Assembly (NCBI RefSeq): GCF_041433235.1
Contig: NZ_JAPWBB010000002.1
Span: forward strand, 64,730 to 96,729
Reading direction: 5' to 3'
DNA: 32,000 nt
Source of the DNA: Neisseria sp. 27098_8_112
GTDB taxonomy: Bacteria > Pseudomonadota > Gammaproteobacteria > Burkholderiales > Neisseriaceae
In this document: positions 1 to 8,923 of the stretch, one piece after another
Layout: each line of letters opens with the position of its first letter
How positions within the stretch are numbered: the stretch's first letter is position 1
The notes under the pieces: model-generated
Seen by the model: the letters and a program-made list of their open reading frames with translations, nothing else
The model's database searches: none
Told to the model about the DNA's origin: nothing
Translations under genes and position numbers: made by a program

Positions 1-161
1 GCTCCATGCTGATTCTGATTTACTTTGCCGAAGCCTGTATGCGCCTGGCAGACACAGCCGTCGCCAGCCGGATTTGCGCCGCCGTTTCCGTATTATTGTG
101 TATTGCCTTTTTCCTCGGCTGCCTTGCATTTATCAAACAACAAAAACACACATCAAAATGA
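1..161 (+). CDS. 3' end of an upstream membrane-protein gene, truncated by the window edge
   Basis: Frame 3 is open from the window start and reads SMLILIYFAEACMRLADTAVASRICAAVSVLLCIAFFLGCLAFIKQQKHTSK*. It is hydrophobic and helix-like. Its TGA (159-161) overlaps the pglL ATG (158-160) as ATGA. It is too short to appear in the ORF track. Confidence 0.35.
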   Translation, partial: SMLILIYFAEACMRLADTAVASRICAAVSVLLCIAFFLGCLAFIKQQKHTSK

Positions 162-1990
162 CCTACCACACACTTTCAGACGGCCTGACTGAATCTTCAG
201 TAAAAACCTTTTGGCCTTTATGGCTCAGTTTTCTTTGGATTTGCGCCGTCCCTTTTCTCTCACTCTACCGAGTCGGCCCACTGCCCAGCTTTTATTTAGA
301 AGCCATCTCTCTGAGCGGCTCATTGGTACTGACACTGATTAGCGCACACAAAGGCCTGCTGAATATTCGCCTCCCTGCACTCAGTATCGGCTTATTTGCC
401 ATGGCCGCATTTTGGTCGCTCCAAGCGCGCCTCATGCATTCCACCTACCCCGGCATGAGCGATATTACTGCCTGGACCTTTGTCATTTTGGCACTGGGCG
501 CATGGTCGGTGCGAGGCTGGGTAGCAGCTTACGGACAGGAACGTGTCGTCAGTATCTTTGCTTGGTCTTTATTGATAGGGGCAACCATACAGGTCGCCAT
601 CGTCTGGCTGCAATTTAAAGGCTGGTCCAACGTAGAGTGGTTGAACGGCATTATTGCCCGAAGCAACGGCACCGTAAACGGCCAACTCGGCCAGCGCAAT
701 CATTTGGGACATTATTTAATGTGGGGCATTTTGGCGGCATCCTATTTATGGACGGTGCGCAAAATATCCAATGCAGCAGGTTTTCTGTTCGTATTGGCTT
801 TGACTGCGACCCTCGGCCTTGTCAACTCGCGCACCATCTTAGGCTACATTGCCGCCCTATTCCTGATTACGCCGTTATGGTTTTGGCGTACCTGTTTCCA
901 ACACAAACGCGCACTGTGCATTTTCCTTCTGACCGCCATCCTGGCCGCCGCTTTCCAATTCGGCATGGGCAGCCTGTTGGATTTGTTTGGCAACATCAAA
1001 TACGAAACCGCTGTCGAACGAGCAGGCACCAGCGGCTTTGAAGGCTCCATGCGCCAAATCGAATGGAGCAAAGCATGGATTGCCTTTAAATCCGCACCTT
1101 GGTTCGGCCATGGCTGGAACAGCTTTGCCCAGCAAACCTTTCTGATCAATGCCCAGCAACAATATTTCCCCAACAATATCCTCGGCGTACTGTTTACCCA
1201 TTCGCACAATATCGTCATGCAGTTGCTGTCCGAAATGGGCATTGCCGGCACCTTGCTCGCAACCTTAACCCTGCTTGCAGCCGTATGGCGACTATCGGGA
1301 CGCAACCAAACGCCAGCTTCCCTGTTTTTACTGACTGCCACCTCCGTCAGCCTTTGCCACAGCATGCTTGAATATCCTCTTTGGTATATCTACTTCCTCA
1401 CTGTATTCAGCCTGATTCTGTCGTTGACACCCTCTTATCCGAAAGATGTTTCAGACGGCCTTTTATCTACCCGAATCAGACAATGGGTAGGCGGTATAGC
1501 TGCTTTATCGATTTTAATCGGCATGGCAAACCTCAGCTGGGAATATCAAAATCTGACCCAATATAGCCGTGTAGGGAAAACCGATGATCAGCAAACGGTT
1601 CAAAACAAAATCGACGGCTTGCAACGACTTTCCAAAGAAAGCCCCATGCTTGCCTATTACGCCGATTTGAGCTTGAGCAAACGTGCAGACCCGACCGATA
1701 CCTACATCCGCCCGTGGGCAGAAGAAGCCGCACTCAAAGCCCTGACCTACCGCCCCTACTCCAGCGCCTATCAAGTCGGTCTCTACCTATACCGACAAGG
1801 CAAAAAAGAAGAAGGTGCGCAATGGATGCAGGCAGTGCAATATTATTACCCGTATATGATGTATTTCTACGCCGACAAAATACGCAGCCATCCGGTATTC
1901 GCCCCTCTGCTGCCCAAACTTTTGTCCGATTGCAAAGATTTCATCAATGCACCGAAACACCAAACTGCCCAATCATGTGATAAACCCTAA
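158..1990 (+). CDS. pglL: PglL O-oligosaccharyltransferase (pilin/protein O-glycosylation ligase, Wzy_C / O-antigen ligase family)
   Basis: A multi-TM protein with long stretches matching my recollection of meningococcal PglL (FAMAAFWxLQARLM, GQRNxLGHYLMWGILAA, LVNSRTIL, YETAVER, FGHGWNSFAQQTFLINA, THSHNIVxQLLxEMG, CHSMLEYPLWYxYF, YYPYxM). I chose the ATG at 158 (MTYHTLSD) over the TTG at 74, whose 28 extra residues are Arg/Cys-rich and not protein-like. Confidence 0.85.
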   Translation: MTYHTLSDGLTESSVKTFWPLWLSFLWICAVPFLSLYRVGPLPSFYLEAISLSGSLVLTLISAHKGLLNIRLPALSIGLFAMAAFWSLQARLMHSTYPGMSDITAWTFVILALGAWSVRGWVAAYGQERVVSIFAWSLLIGATIQVAIVWLQFKGWSNVEWLNGIIARSNGTVNGQLGQRNHLGHYLMWGILAASYLWTVRKISNAAGFLFVLALTATLGLVNSRTILGYIAALFLITPLWFWRTCFQHKRALCIFLLTAILAAAFQFGMGSLLDLFGNIKYETAVERAGTSGFEGSMRQIEWSKAWIAFKSAPWFGHGWNSFAQQTFLINAQQQYFPNNILGVLFTHSHNIVMQLLSEMGIAGTLLATLTLLAAVWRLSGRNQTPASLFLLTATSVSLCHSMLEYPLWYIYFLTVFSLILSLTPSYPKDVSDGLLSTRIRQWVGGIAALSILIGMANLSWEYQNLTQYSRVGKTDDQQTVQNKIDGLQRLSKESPMLAYYADLSLSKRADPTDTYIRPWAEEAALKALTYRPYSSAYQVGLYLYRQGKKEEGAQWMQAVQYYYPYMMYFYADKIRSHPVFAPLLPKLLSDCKDFINAPKHQTAQSCDKP

Positions 1991-2197
1991 ACAAAACTCA
2001 CTCAATTGTCAGTTTGTCCTTACAGGCCGTCTGAAAATGTAAAGAGCGACAAGTTTCTATGCAAAAAAGCGCAAAAGCACAGAAAATTACGCTATCAACA
2101 AAAGCAGATTGCATGTTAAGATTGAATACAACTCTATTTTAATCGCCGCACCGCCTATTTAGTGCCACGGCGCATACAATCACGAAAAGGAAATTCC

Positions 2198-2875
2198 ATG
2201 AGTCGCGTATTACTCGTAGATGACGATGCCCTCTTGACCGAATTGCTGACCGAATACCTGACTGCCGAAGGCCTCAACGTCCACAGCGTTCCTGACGGCG
2301 AAGCCGGCGTTCAAGAAATTCTGACCGGACAATACGATGTCGTCGTATTAGACTCCATGATGCCTAAAATGAACGGTTTGGACGTTTTGAAAAACGTACG
2401 CACCCAAAGCACTGTACCCATCATCATGCTGACTGCAAAAGGTGACGACATCGACCGCATTATCGGTTTGGAAATGGGTGCGGACGATTACGTACCGAAA
2501 CCATGCACACCGCGCGAACTCTTGGCGCGTATCAACGCCATCTTACGCCGTGCACAACACAGCAACGAACAAAACAACGCGCCTAACAGCATTTCTGTCA
2601 GCGACGTTGTCCTCTACCCTGCCAAACGCCAAGCCAGCATCAAAGACACTCCGCTTGAATTGACCAGCACCGAGTTCAATCTGCTCGAAGTTTTGATGCG
2701 CCACGCCGGACAAGTTGTCAGCAAAGAGACCCTGTCTATCGAGGCACTCGACCGCAAACTGGCTAAATTTGACCGCAGCATCGACGTACACATCTCCAGC
2801 ATCCGCCACAAATTGGGCGATGCTTCCCTGATTCAAACTGTACGCGGCTTAGGCTACCTGTTTGTTAAAAATTAA
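2198..2875 (+). CDS. OmpR-family response regulator, CpxR-like
   Basis: Receiver domain (LLVDDD, VVVLDSMMPKMNG, IIMLTAKG, GADDYVPKP) followed by a winged-helix C-terminus (LTSTEFNLLEVL, VRGLGY). The ATG at 2198 is preceded by AAGGAA. The GTG at 2162 adds 12 unlikely residues. Confidence 0.9.
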   Translation: MSRVLLVDDDALLTELLTEYLTAEGLNVHSVPDGEAGVQEILTGQYDVVVLDSMMPKMNGLDVLKNVRTQSTVPIIMLTAKGDDIDRIIGLEMGADDYVPKPCTPRELLARINAILRRAQHSNEQNNAPNSISVSDVVLYPAKRQASIKDTPLELTSTEFNLLEVLMRHAGQVVSKETLSIEALDRKLAKFDRSIDVHISSIRHKLGDASLIQTVRGLGYLFVKN

Positions 2876-2890
2876 AGATTAAACAGATCA

Positions 2891-4288
2891 ATGAAACTGT
2901 TTCAACGCATCTTCGCCACATTTTGCGCAGTCATCGTCTGCGCAATCTTTGTGGCGAGTTTTTCATTTTGGCTGGTACAAAACACCCTTGCCGAAAACCA
3001 ATTCAACCAACGCCGCACCATCGAAACCACATTGATGAGCAGCATTATTTCCGCATTCAACTCACGCGGAGACAGCGGTGCGCGCGAAATTCTTTCCGAA
3101 TGGAAAAACAATCCGGTTTCCAATGCCGTTTATGTGATTACCGGCGACGATAAAAAAGATATTTTAGGCCGAAACATCGACAGCCTCTCCATTGAGCGCG
3201 CCCGTATCTTTGCCATCAACAACCCCGAATCTGATTTGGCACACATCGAATACGACCGTTTCGGCGAAGAATACCTCTTCTTTATTAAAGGCTGGGACAA
3301 TCATCAGGCTCAACGCCTCCCTAGCCCGCTCTTCATTCCCGGCTTGCCGCTTTCGCCTATTTGGCACGAATTTATCATTCTGTCTTTTATCATCGTTGTG
3401 GGGCTCTTGATGGCATACATCCTTGCCAACAACATCACCAAGCCTATTAAAATTTTAGGTGGCGGCATGGACAGAGTGGCTAACGGCGAACTTGAAACCC
3501 GCATTTCCCAACAAGTTGACGACCGTGACGACGAATTGTCCCACCTTGCCGTACAGTTCGACAAAATGGCCGAAAAGCTTGAAAAACTTGTTGCCAAAGA
3601 GCGCCACCTGCTCCACCACGTTTCGCATGAAATGCGTTCGCCGCTGGCGCGTATGCAGGCGATTGTCGGCCTGATTCAATCTCAGCCGCAGAAACAAGAG
3701 CAATATCTCAAGCGCCTTGAAGGCGAACTGGTGCGCATGGATACTTTGGTCGGCGAATTGTTGACCCTCTCTCGCTTGGAAACTTCCAATATTCCTTTGG
3801 AAAAAGAAAACCTCAAACTCGTTCCTTTCCTGACCAACTTGATTGAGGACAACCAAAGCATTGCCCACCAAAACAACCAAAGCGTTACCCTGAGCATTGA
3901 CCCAAAAATCCCTGAAAATGCCGTAGTCAGCGCCAACGAAGGCTATCTATACCGTGCCTTTGACAACGTGATCCGCAATGCCATCAATTACAGTCCGGAA
4001 GGCAGCACCATTCAAACCCATATCGGACAAGACGGCAAAAACTGGATTATCGATGTTACCGACAACGGGCCTGGTGTCGATGAAATGCAGCTTTCGCATA
4101 TTTTCACTGCCTTTTATCGCGCCGACTCCAGCGCACACAAACCCGGTACAGGTTTAGGGCTTGCATTGACACAGCACATTATGGAACAACACTGCGGTAA
4201 AATCATTGCTGAAAATGTCAAACCCAACGGCCTGAGGATGCGTTTTATCCTTCCCAAAAAGAAAGCCGGAGACAAAAAAGAAGTCTAA
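2891..4288 (+). CDS. Sensor histidine kinase, CpxA-like (2 TM, HAMP, HisKA, HATPase_c)
   Basis: N-terminal TM, periplasmic segment, second TM, H-box HVSHEMRSPLA, N-box RNAINYSP, G-boxes DNGPGV and GTGLGLAL. It lies 15 nt downstream of the regulator gene. Confidence 0.9.
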   Translation: MKLFQRIFATFCAVIVCAIFVASFSFWLVQNTLAENQFNQRRTIETTLMSSIISAFNSRGDSGAREILSEWKNNPVSNAVYVITGDDKKDILGRNIDSLSIERARIFAINNPESDLAHIEYDRFGEEYLFFIKGWDNHQAQRLPSPLFIPGLPLSPIWHEFIILSFIIVVGLLMAYILANNITKPIKILGGGMDRVANGELETRISQQVDDRDDELSHLAVQFDKMAEKLEKLVAKERHLLHHVSHEMRSPLARMQAIVGLIQSQPQKQEQYLKRLEGELVRMDTLVGELLTLSRLETSNIPLEKENLKLVPFLTNLIEDNQSIAHQNNQSVTLSIDPKIPENAVVSANEGYLYRAFDNVIRNAINYSPEGSTIQTHIGQDGKNWIIDVTDNGPGVDEMQLSHIFTAFYRADSSAHKPGTGLGLALTQHIMEQHCGKIIAENVKPNGLRMRFILPKKKAGDKKEV

Positions 4289-4292
4289 AAAT

Positions 4293-4320
4293 AAGGCCGT
4301 CTGAAACTTTTCAGACGGCC
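4293..4320 (+). terminator. DUS inverted-pair hairpin after the kinase gene
   Basis: AAGGCCGTCTGAAACTTTTCAGACGGCC, a perfect inverted DUS pair directly after the stop codon. Confidence 0.7.
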
Positions 4321-4343
4321 AAAAACACAAATAAGGAACCATC

Positions 4344-6734
4344 ATGAGTGCAACCGTCCAAACCGGCTACTTCTTCATGCCTGAACACATCATCCTCGTC
4401 GGCGCCAGCGAACGTCCGCACAGCCTTGGCGAACGCATTTTCAGCCACCTGCTCGGTTCCTCATATCAAGGCAAAATCACCCCCGTCAATCTTCGACACA
4501 GCAGTGTCGCAGGTATTCCCTCCTACTCCAGCCTCAGTAAAATCCCGGGCCAAGCCGATTTGGTTGTTGCCGTTATCCCCCCCGACCATTACGACTCGCT
4601 GTTCAAAGCCTGCCGTAAAAAAGACCTGCGCCACATTATCCTGATTCAAGATTGGGAAAATCTGCCACCCGAATCCTGCAAAAACGCCCGTTCCATCATT
4701 CAAAAATATCACGGTGACGAATTAAACATTACCGTGTGCAACAGCGCAGGCATCCAACTCCCCTCACTCAACCTCAATATCGGCACCCAAACCGACTATC
4801 CGGCCGGCCATATCGCATTACTAACCGGCCACAGCACCGCCAGCCGCAACATCAACCACCTGCTGAATACGCTACACCAAGGCGTATCACGCCACATCAG
4901 CCTCAACTATGATATAAGCCCCACCACATCCGCCGACTGGCTCAACCGCTTCGGTCACAACCGCCATACCAAAGTTGCCGTGATCCACTATAATCCGGCC
5001 GAAAACCAACGCGAGCTGTTCAGTGCCATCCGCCACTTTACACGCCACACTCCGCTTATCCTGTTGTCCACACACTACACCGACGACACAGACAAAGCCA
5101 TCCTGCGCAGCCTCAGCCGCCATTGCAATTTCCAACCGGTATTCAATAACGCCGAACTGGAAGCAGCCCTAAAAGCCCACCTTTCCGGCATTCCCGTCAT
5201 TACCCACCCCACCATATTGTCCGATACGCCGATAGAATGGCTGCGCAGCACCGCCGATGCCTGCCAATTGACCCTCAACCTTCCAACCGATGTACCATCC
5301 ATCCGACAAGGCTGCATCGGCAGCAACCCCACGCCTGCACGCATCCACCGCCTGGCGCTCGAACAATTACAAAATCCTCATACTCAAGCCCTACTCGGCA
5401 TTATTTCGCCAGATACGCCGGATGCGTACAGCATTCATCAAACTCTGGATAATTTGGCACAAAAAACCAGCAAGCCCATTCTCGTCAGCTATCGTTTTTC
5501 AGACGGTCTGACTAGGTTTAACACGCCGGAAGAAGCCCTGCTGACACTTTATTTCCGCAATCAAACCGCCTATTTGCAACAGGTGCAAAATACCCCTGCT
5601 CCAGTAAAAACAGGCCGTCTGAAAACACCCAAAAGCAAAAGTATCGATAAAGCCATTGCGTCCGGCCAAACCGAACTAATGGCGGAAGCCCTATACCTGC
5701 CTCCGTGCCAAACCCAAAAACACAATGCCGTCCAATTCCGATTCAGCCGCCATGCCATTTACGACAACATCCTTACCGCCCATTACAACGGCCAAACCGA
5801 AGCCTCATTACCTCCTTTTACCACGCTTGATATCCAGCATTTAAGCCAATTTGCAGAACTCGACAACACGTCCGTTCTCAATCAATTCCTGCATTCCCTA
5901 AACACGCTTATCCACAACAACCAGCATATCGGCGACATTATCCTCAACTACAACGGCAGCCAATACAGCAGCGCCATCATTCCCGAAATCGTAGAAAAAC
6001 CTGTTGCACCAACAACCAAAATCCCCAAAAAAGCGGTCCAAACCTTAGAACAGGCCGCCGCTAAAATGCAAAGTGCCGCCGCCTACCTCCAACAAAAAAA
6101 TCCGGCCGCAGCCGAGTTTCTACGCAACACCGGCGAAGCTGCGTCCGAACTGCTGCACCCTAAAACTGAAACGCCCGAGATACAAAACGTACTCGCACCC
6201 TATCCGAGCCAAACCGAGACCTTTACCCTTCCCGACGGCAACACACTGCACATCCGCGCACTAGAGCCTGAAGATGCCGAAGCCAAACAAAAATTTGTCC
6301 GCCAATTACCCGCGACCGACCGCTATACGCGCTTCATGACCCATACCAACGAGTTGCCGCTGCCCACACTCGCACGGCTGACCCGTCCCGATTTCCATAC
6401 CGAATGTGCATGGGCAGCCTTCGCTTCAGACGGCCGTATTGTTGCAGTCAGCCGCTACAGCCGCATCAATCGCAATGAGTGCGAGTTCGGCATTACTTTA
6501 GCGCCTGAAGCACGCAAAACCGGCTTGGCCGGCAAAATGATGAGCCTCATTATCCAAACTGCCACACAGCAAGGTTACCAAACCATGAATGCGGAAATCC
6601 TCAAAGAAAACACACCGATGCTCAAACTCGCTGAAAAATCAGGATTTACCGTCACCCCATCGGAAACCGACCGCGGCCTGTATCAAGCCGGCCTCGATTT
6701 GATCGAATGGCAAAACAGCAACAAAAACAAATAA
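4344..6734 (+). CDS. PatZ/YfiQ-like protein acetyltransferase (N-terminal CoA-binding domain, divergent middle, C-terminal GNAT)
   Basis: The N-terminus (IILVGASERPHSLGERIF...ADLVVAVIP) resembles the CoA_binding_2 domain of NDP-forming acyl-CoA synthetase-like proteins. The C-terminus (IRALEPEDAEAKQKFV...RYTRF...EFGITLAPEARKTGLAGKMM...GFTV) aligns with my recollection of the E. coli PatZ GNAT domain, including the R-x-x-G-x-A motif. RBS AAGGAA precedes the ATG. Confidence 0.7.
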   Translation: MSATVQTGYFFMPEHIILVGASERPHSLGERIFSHLLGSSYQGKITPVNLRHSSVAGIPSYSSLSKIPGQADLVVAVIPPDHYDSLFKACRKKDLRHIILIQDWENLPPESCKNARSIIQKYHGDELNITVCNSAGIQLPSLNLNIGTQTDYPAGHIALLTGHSTASRNINHLLNTLHQGVSRHISLNYDISPTTSADWLNRFGHNRHTKVAVIHYNPAENQRELFSAIRHFTRHTPLILLSTHYTDDTDKAILRSLSRHCNFQPVFNNAELEAALKAHLSGIPVITHPTILSDTPIEWLRSTADACQLTLNLPTDVPSIRQGCIGSNPTPARIHRLALEQLQNPHTQALLGIISPDTPDAYSIHQTLDNLAQKTSKPILVSYRFSDGLTRFNTPEEALLTLYFRNQTAYLQQVQNTPAPVKTGRLKTPKSKSIDKAIASGQTELMAEALYLPPCQTQKHNAVQFRFSRHAIYDNILTAHYNGQTEASLPPFTTLDIQHLSQFAELDNTSVLNQFLHSLNTLIHNNQHIGDIILNYNGSQYSSAIIPEIVEKPVAPTTKIPKKAVQTLEQAAAKMQSAAAYLQQKNPAAAEFLRNTGEAASELLHPKTETPEIQNVLAPYPSQTETFTLPDGNTLHIRALEPEDAEAKQKFVRQLPATDRYTRFMTHTNELPLPTLARLTRPDFHTECAWAAFASDGRIVAVSRYSRINRNECEFGITLAPEARKTGLAGKMMSLIIQTATQQGYQTMNAEILKENTPMLKLAEKSGFTVTPSETDRGLYQAGLDLIEWQNSNKNK

Positions 6735-6738
6735 AAAC

Positions 6739-6768
6739 TTGCATAACCCGTGTGAAATATCCTAAAAT
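6739..6768 (+). promoter_or_regulatory. Sigma70-like promoter of the rpsP-rimM-trmD-rplS operon
   Basis: TTGCAT (6739-6744), an 18-nt spacer, then TAAAAT (6763-6768), about 40 nt upstream of the rpsP ATG. Confidence 0.45.
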
Positions 6769-6809
6769 TAGCGGTTTCTATATATCCGCATTTTTCAAAA
6801 GGACTCAAA

Positions 6810-7058
6810 ATGGTAGTTATCCGTTTGGCTCGCGGCGGCTCAAAACACCGCCCTTTCTTCAACGTAGTCGTAACTGACTCTCGCAACCGTCGTGACGGCC
6901 GCTTCATCGAGCGCGTAGGTTTCTACAACCCCGTTGCCAACGAAAAACAAGAACGCGTACGTTTCGACGCAGACCGCATCAACCACTGGGTTGCTCAAGG
7001 CGCAAAAGTTAGCGACGCAGTTGCCAAACTGATTAAAGAGCAAAAAATCGCTGCTTAA
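6810..7058 (+). CDS. rpsP: 30S ribosomal protein S16
   Basis: [41 protein letters not shown] is the canonical S16 N-terminus. Operon context is conserved. Confidence 0.97.
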   Translation: MVVIRLARGGSKHRPFFNVVVTDSRNRRDGRFIERVGFYNPVANEKQERVRFDADRINHWVAQGAKVSDAVAKLIKEQKIAA

Positions 7059-7073
7059 TCAGCTAAAACGACC

Positions 7074-7583
7074 ATGACAGACACTCAAAAACGGGTAGCC
7101 ATGGGCTACATCAAAGGCGTATTCGGCATTAAAGGCTGGCTTAAAATTGCCGCCAACACCGAATATACCGACAGCCTGCTGGACTACCCAGAGTGGCAGT
7201 TGTGCAAGGATGGCAAAACCCTGGATGTTGTGCTTGAGGCAGGTAAAATTGTCAATGGCGAACTTCAGGTCAAATTTGAAGGTATAGACGATCGCGACCA
7301 AGCCTTTGCCTTGCGCGGCTATACCATCGAAATCCCCAGAGAGTCATTCGCCCCTACTGAGGAAGACGAATACTACTGGGCAGATTTAGTCGGCATGACC
7401 GTCATCAATAAAGAAAACATCGTCCTCGGCAAAGTCAGCAACCTGATGGAAACCGGTGCAAATGATGTTTTGATGATTAAAGGCGAACACGGACAAGTCC
7501 TGATTCCCTTTGTCTCCAACTATATCGAATCTGTCGATACCGACAGCAAAACCATTATCGCCGACTGGGGTTTGGACTACTGA
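7074..7583 (+). CDS. rimM: 16S rRNA processing protein RimM
   Basis: 169 aa with a GxxGxKGWxK-like motif ([11 protein letters not shown]) and a PRC-barrel C-terminus. It sits in the conserved position between rpsP and trmD. Confidence 0.9.
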   Translation: MTDTQKRVAMGYIKGVFGIKGWLKIAANTEYTDSLLDYPEWQLCKDGKTLDVVLEAGKIVNGELQVKFEGIDDRDQAFALRGYTIEIPRESFAPTEEDEYYWADLVGMTVINKENIVLGKVSNLMETGANDVLMIKGEHGQVLIPFVSNYIESVDTDSKTIIADWGLDY

Positions 7584-8332
7584 TGCTGATTCAAGCCATC
7601 ACCATTTTCCCGGAGATGTTCGACAGCATTGTCGAATATGGCGTTACAGGCAGAGCAAGAAAACAAAATCTTTGGCAGTTTCAAGCCATCAATCCCCGAA
7701 AATTTGCCGACAACAAACTTGGCTATATTGATGACCGCCCCTTCGGAGGTGGTCCGGGAATGATTATGATGGCACCGCCGCTTCAAGCGGCAATTGAAGA
7801 AGCCAAAGCAAACGCGCAAAAACCTGCCAAAGTAATTTATCTCAGTCCGCAAGGTCAGCCGCTGACACATAAAAAAGCCGCAGAACTTGCCGAACTGCCC
7901 CATCTTGTTCTTCTATGCGGACGCTATGAAGGCATAGATGAAAGACTGCTACAAAGCAGTGTGGACGAAGAAATCAGCATTGGCGACTTTGTCGTCTCGG
8001 GTGGCGAATTACCCGCCATGATGTTGATGGATGCCGTCTTAAGATTGGTTCCGGGTGTATTGGGCGATATACAGTCAGCCGAACAAGACTCGTTTTCAGA
8101 CGGCCTTTTAGACTGTCCTCATTACACCAAACCCGTAGAATTCCAAGGCATGATCGTTCCCGATGTCTTACGCTCAGGAAATCATGGCTTGATTGCCGAG
8201 TGGCGATTGAAACAATCTCTACAACGCACTTTAGAGCGCCGACCTGATTTATTGGAAAAGCGCAGTTTAATCCCAAAGGAATCCCGCCTCTTAAAAGAAA
8301 TCTTGCAAGAGCAACAGGAAATCCAATCATAA
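7583..8332 (+). CDS. trmD: tRNA (guanine37-N1)-methyltransferase TrmD
   Basis: [33 protein letters not shown], SIGDFVxSGGE and HYTxP motifs. The start overlaps the rimM stop (TGATG). Confidence 0.95.
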   Translation: MLIQAITIFPEMFDSIVEYGVTGRARKQNLWQFQAINPRKFADNKLGYIDDRPFGGGPGMIMMAPPLQAAIEEAKANAQKPAKVIYLSPQGQPLTHKKAAELAELPHLVLLCGRYEGIDERLLQSSVDEEISIGDFVVSGGELPAMMLMDAVLRLVPGVLGDIQSAEQDSFSDGLLDCPHYTKPVEFQGMIVPDVLRSGNHGLIAEWRLKQSLQRTLERRPDLLEKRSLIPKESRLLKEILQEQQEIQS

Positions 8333-8346
8333 CTTAGGAAAAACAA

Positions 8347-8712
8347 ATGAACTTGATTCAACAATTAGAGCAAGAAGAAATCGCTCGCTTGAACAAAGAA
8401 ATCCCTGAATTCGCTCCAGGCGACACCGTTGTCGTATCTGTACGCGTGGTTGAGGGTTCTCGCAGCCGTCTGCAAGCATACGAAGGTGTTGTTATCGCTC
8501 GCCGCAACCGTGGCCTGAACAGCAACTTCATCGTTCGCAAAATCTCTAGCGGCGAAGGTGTAGAACGTACTTTCCAACTGTACTCTCCTACCGTAGAAAA
8601 AATCGAAGTTAAACGCCGTGGTGACGTACGTCGCGCCAAACTGTACTACTTGCGCGGCCTGACCGGTAAAGCAGCTCGCATTAAAGAAAAATTGCCTGCT
8701 CGCAAAGGTTAA
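8347..8712 (+). CDS. rplS: 50S ribosomal protein L19
   Basis: [38 protein letters not shown]...RTF...SP...[18 protein letters not shown] is the canonical L19 sequence. Confidence 0.97.
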   Translation: MNLIQQLEQEEIARLNKEIPEFAPGDTVVVSVRVVEGSRSRLQAYEGVVIARRNRGLNSNFIVRKISSGEGVERTFQLYSPTVEKIEVKRRGDVRRAKLYYLRGLTGKAARIKEKLPARKG

Positions 8713-8724
8713 TAGCCTTCATCA

Positions 8725-8758
8725 AAAACCCACTTCAATGAAGTGGGTTTTTTGTTTT
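8725..8758 (+). terminator. Rho-independent terminator of the ribosomal operon
   Basis: AAAACCCACTT-CAATG-AAGTGGGTTTT stem-loop followed by a T-run. Confidence 0.8.
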
Positions 8759-8871
8759 TATACAAAAACTCCTTGTCTTTCTTACACAATCCTGCAAGCT
8801 AATCACAAAACACATCTCACGCATAAACTTAAACAGAATCGTAACTTCCCTACCTCTTTTAACCTTTATAC

Positions 8872-8910
8872 AAAAGGCCGTCTAAAACAAAAGATTCAGA
8901 CGGCCTTTAA
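8872..8910 (-). terminator. Imperfect DUS inverted pair downstream of the PepSY gene
   Basis: AAAAGGCCGTCTAAAAC...ATTCAGACGGCCTTT. One arm is degenerate (GCCGTCTAAA). It lies 14 nt beyond the minus-strand stop at 8924. Confidence 0.45.
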
Positions 8911-8923
8911 TCACATCAGGCGG

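Noticed and set aside
74-157. TTG-initiated 28-codon extension of pglL
   Set aside because: The residues (MRRRFRIIVYCLFPRLPC...) are not PglL-like. The region is better explained as the 3' end of the upstream gene in another frame.
2024-2060. Possible CpxR box (GTAAA-N5-GTAAA) upstream of the CpxR-like gene
   Set aside because: Only the first half-site, GTAAA, is present. The second half (ACAAG) matches 2 of 5 positions.
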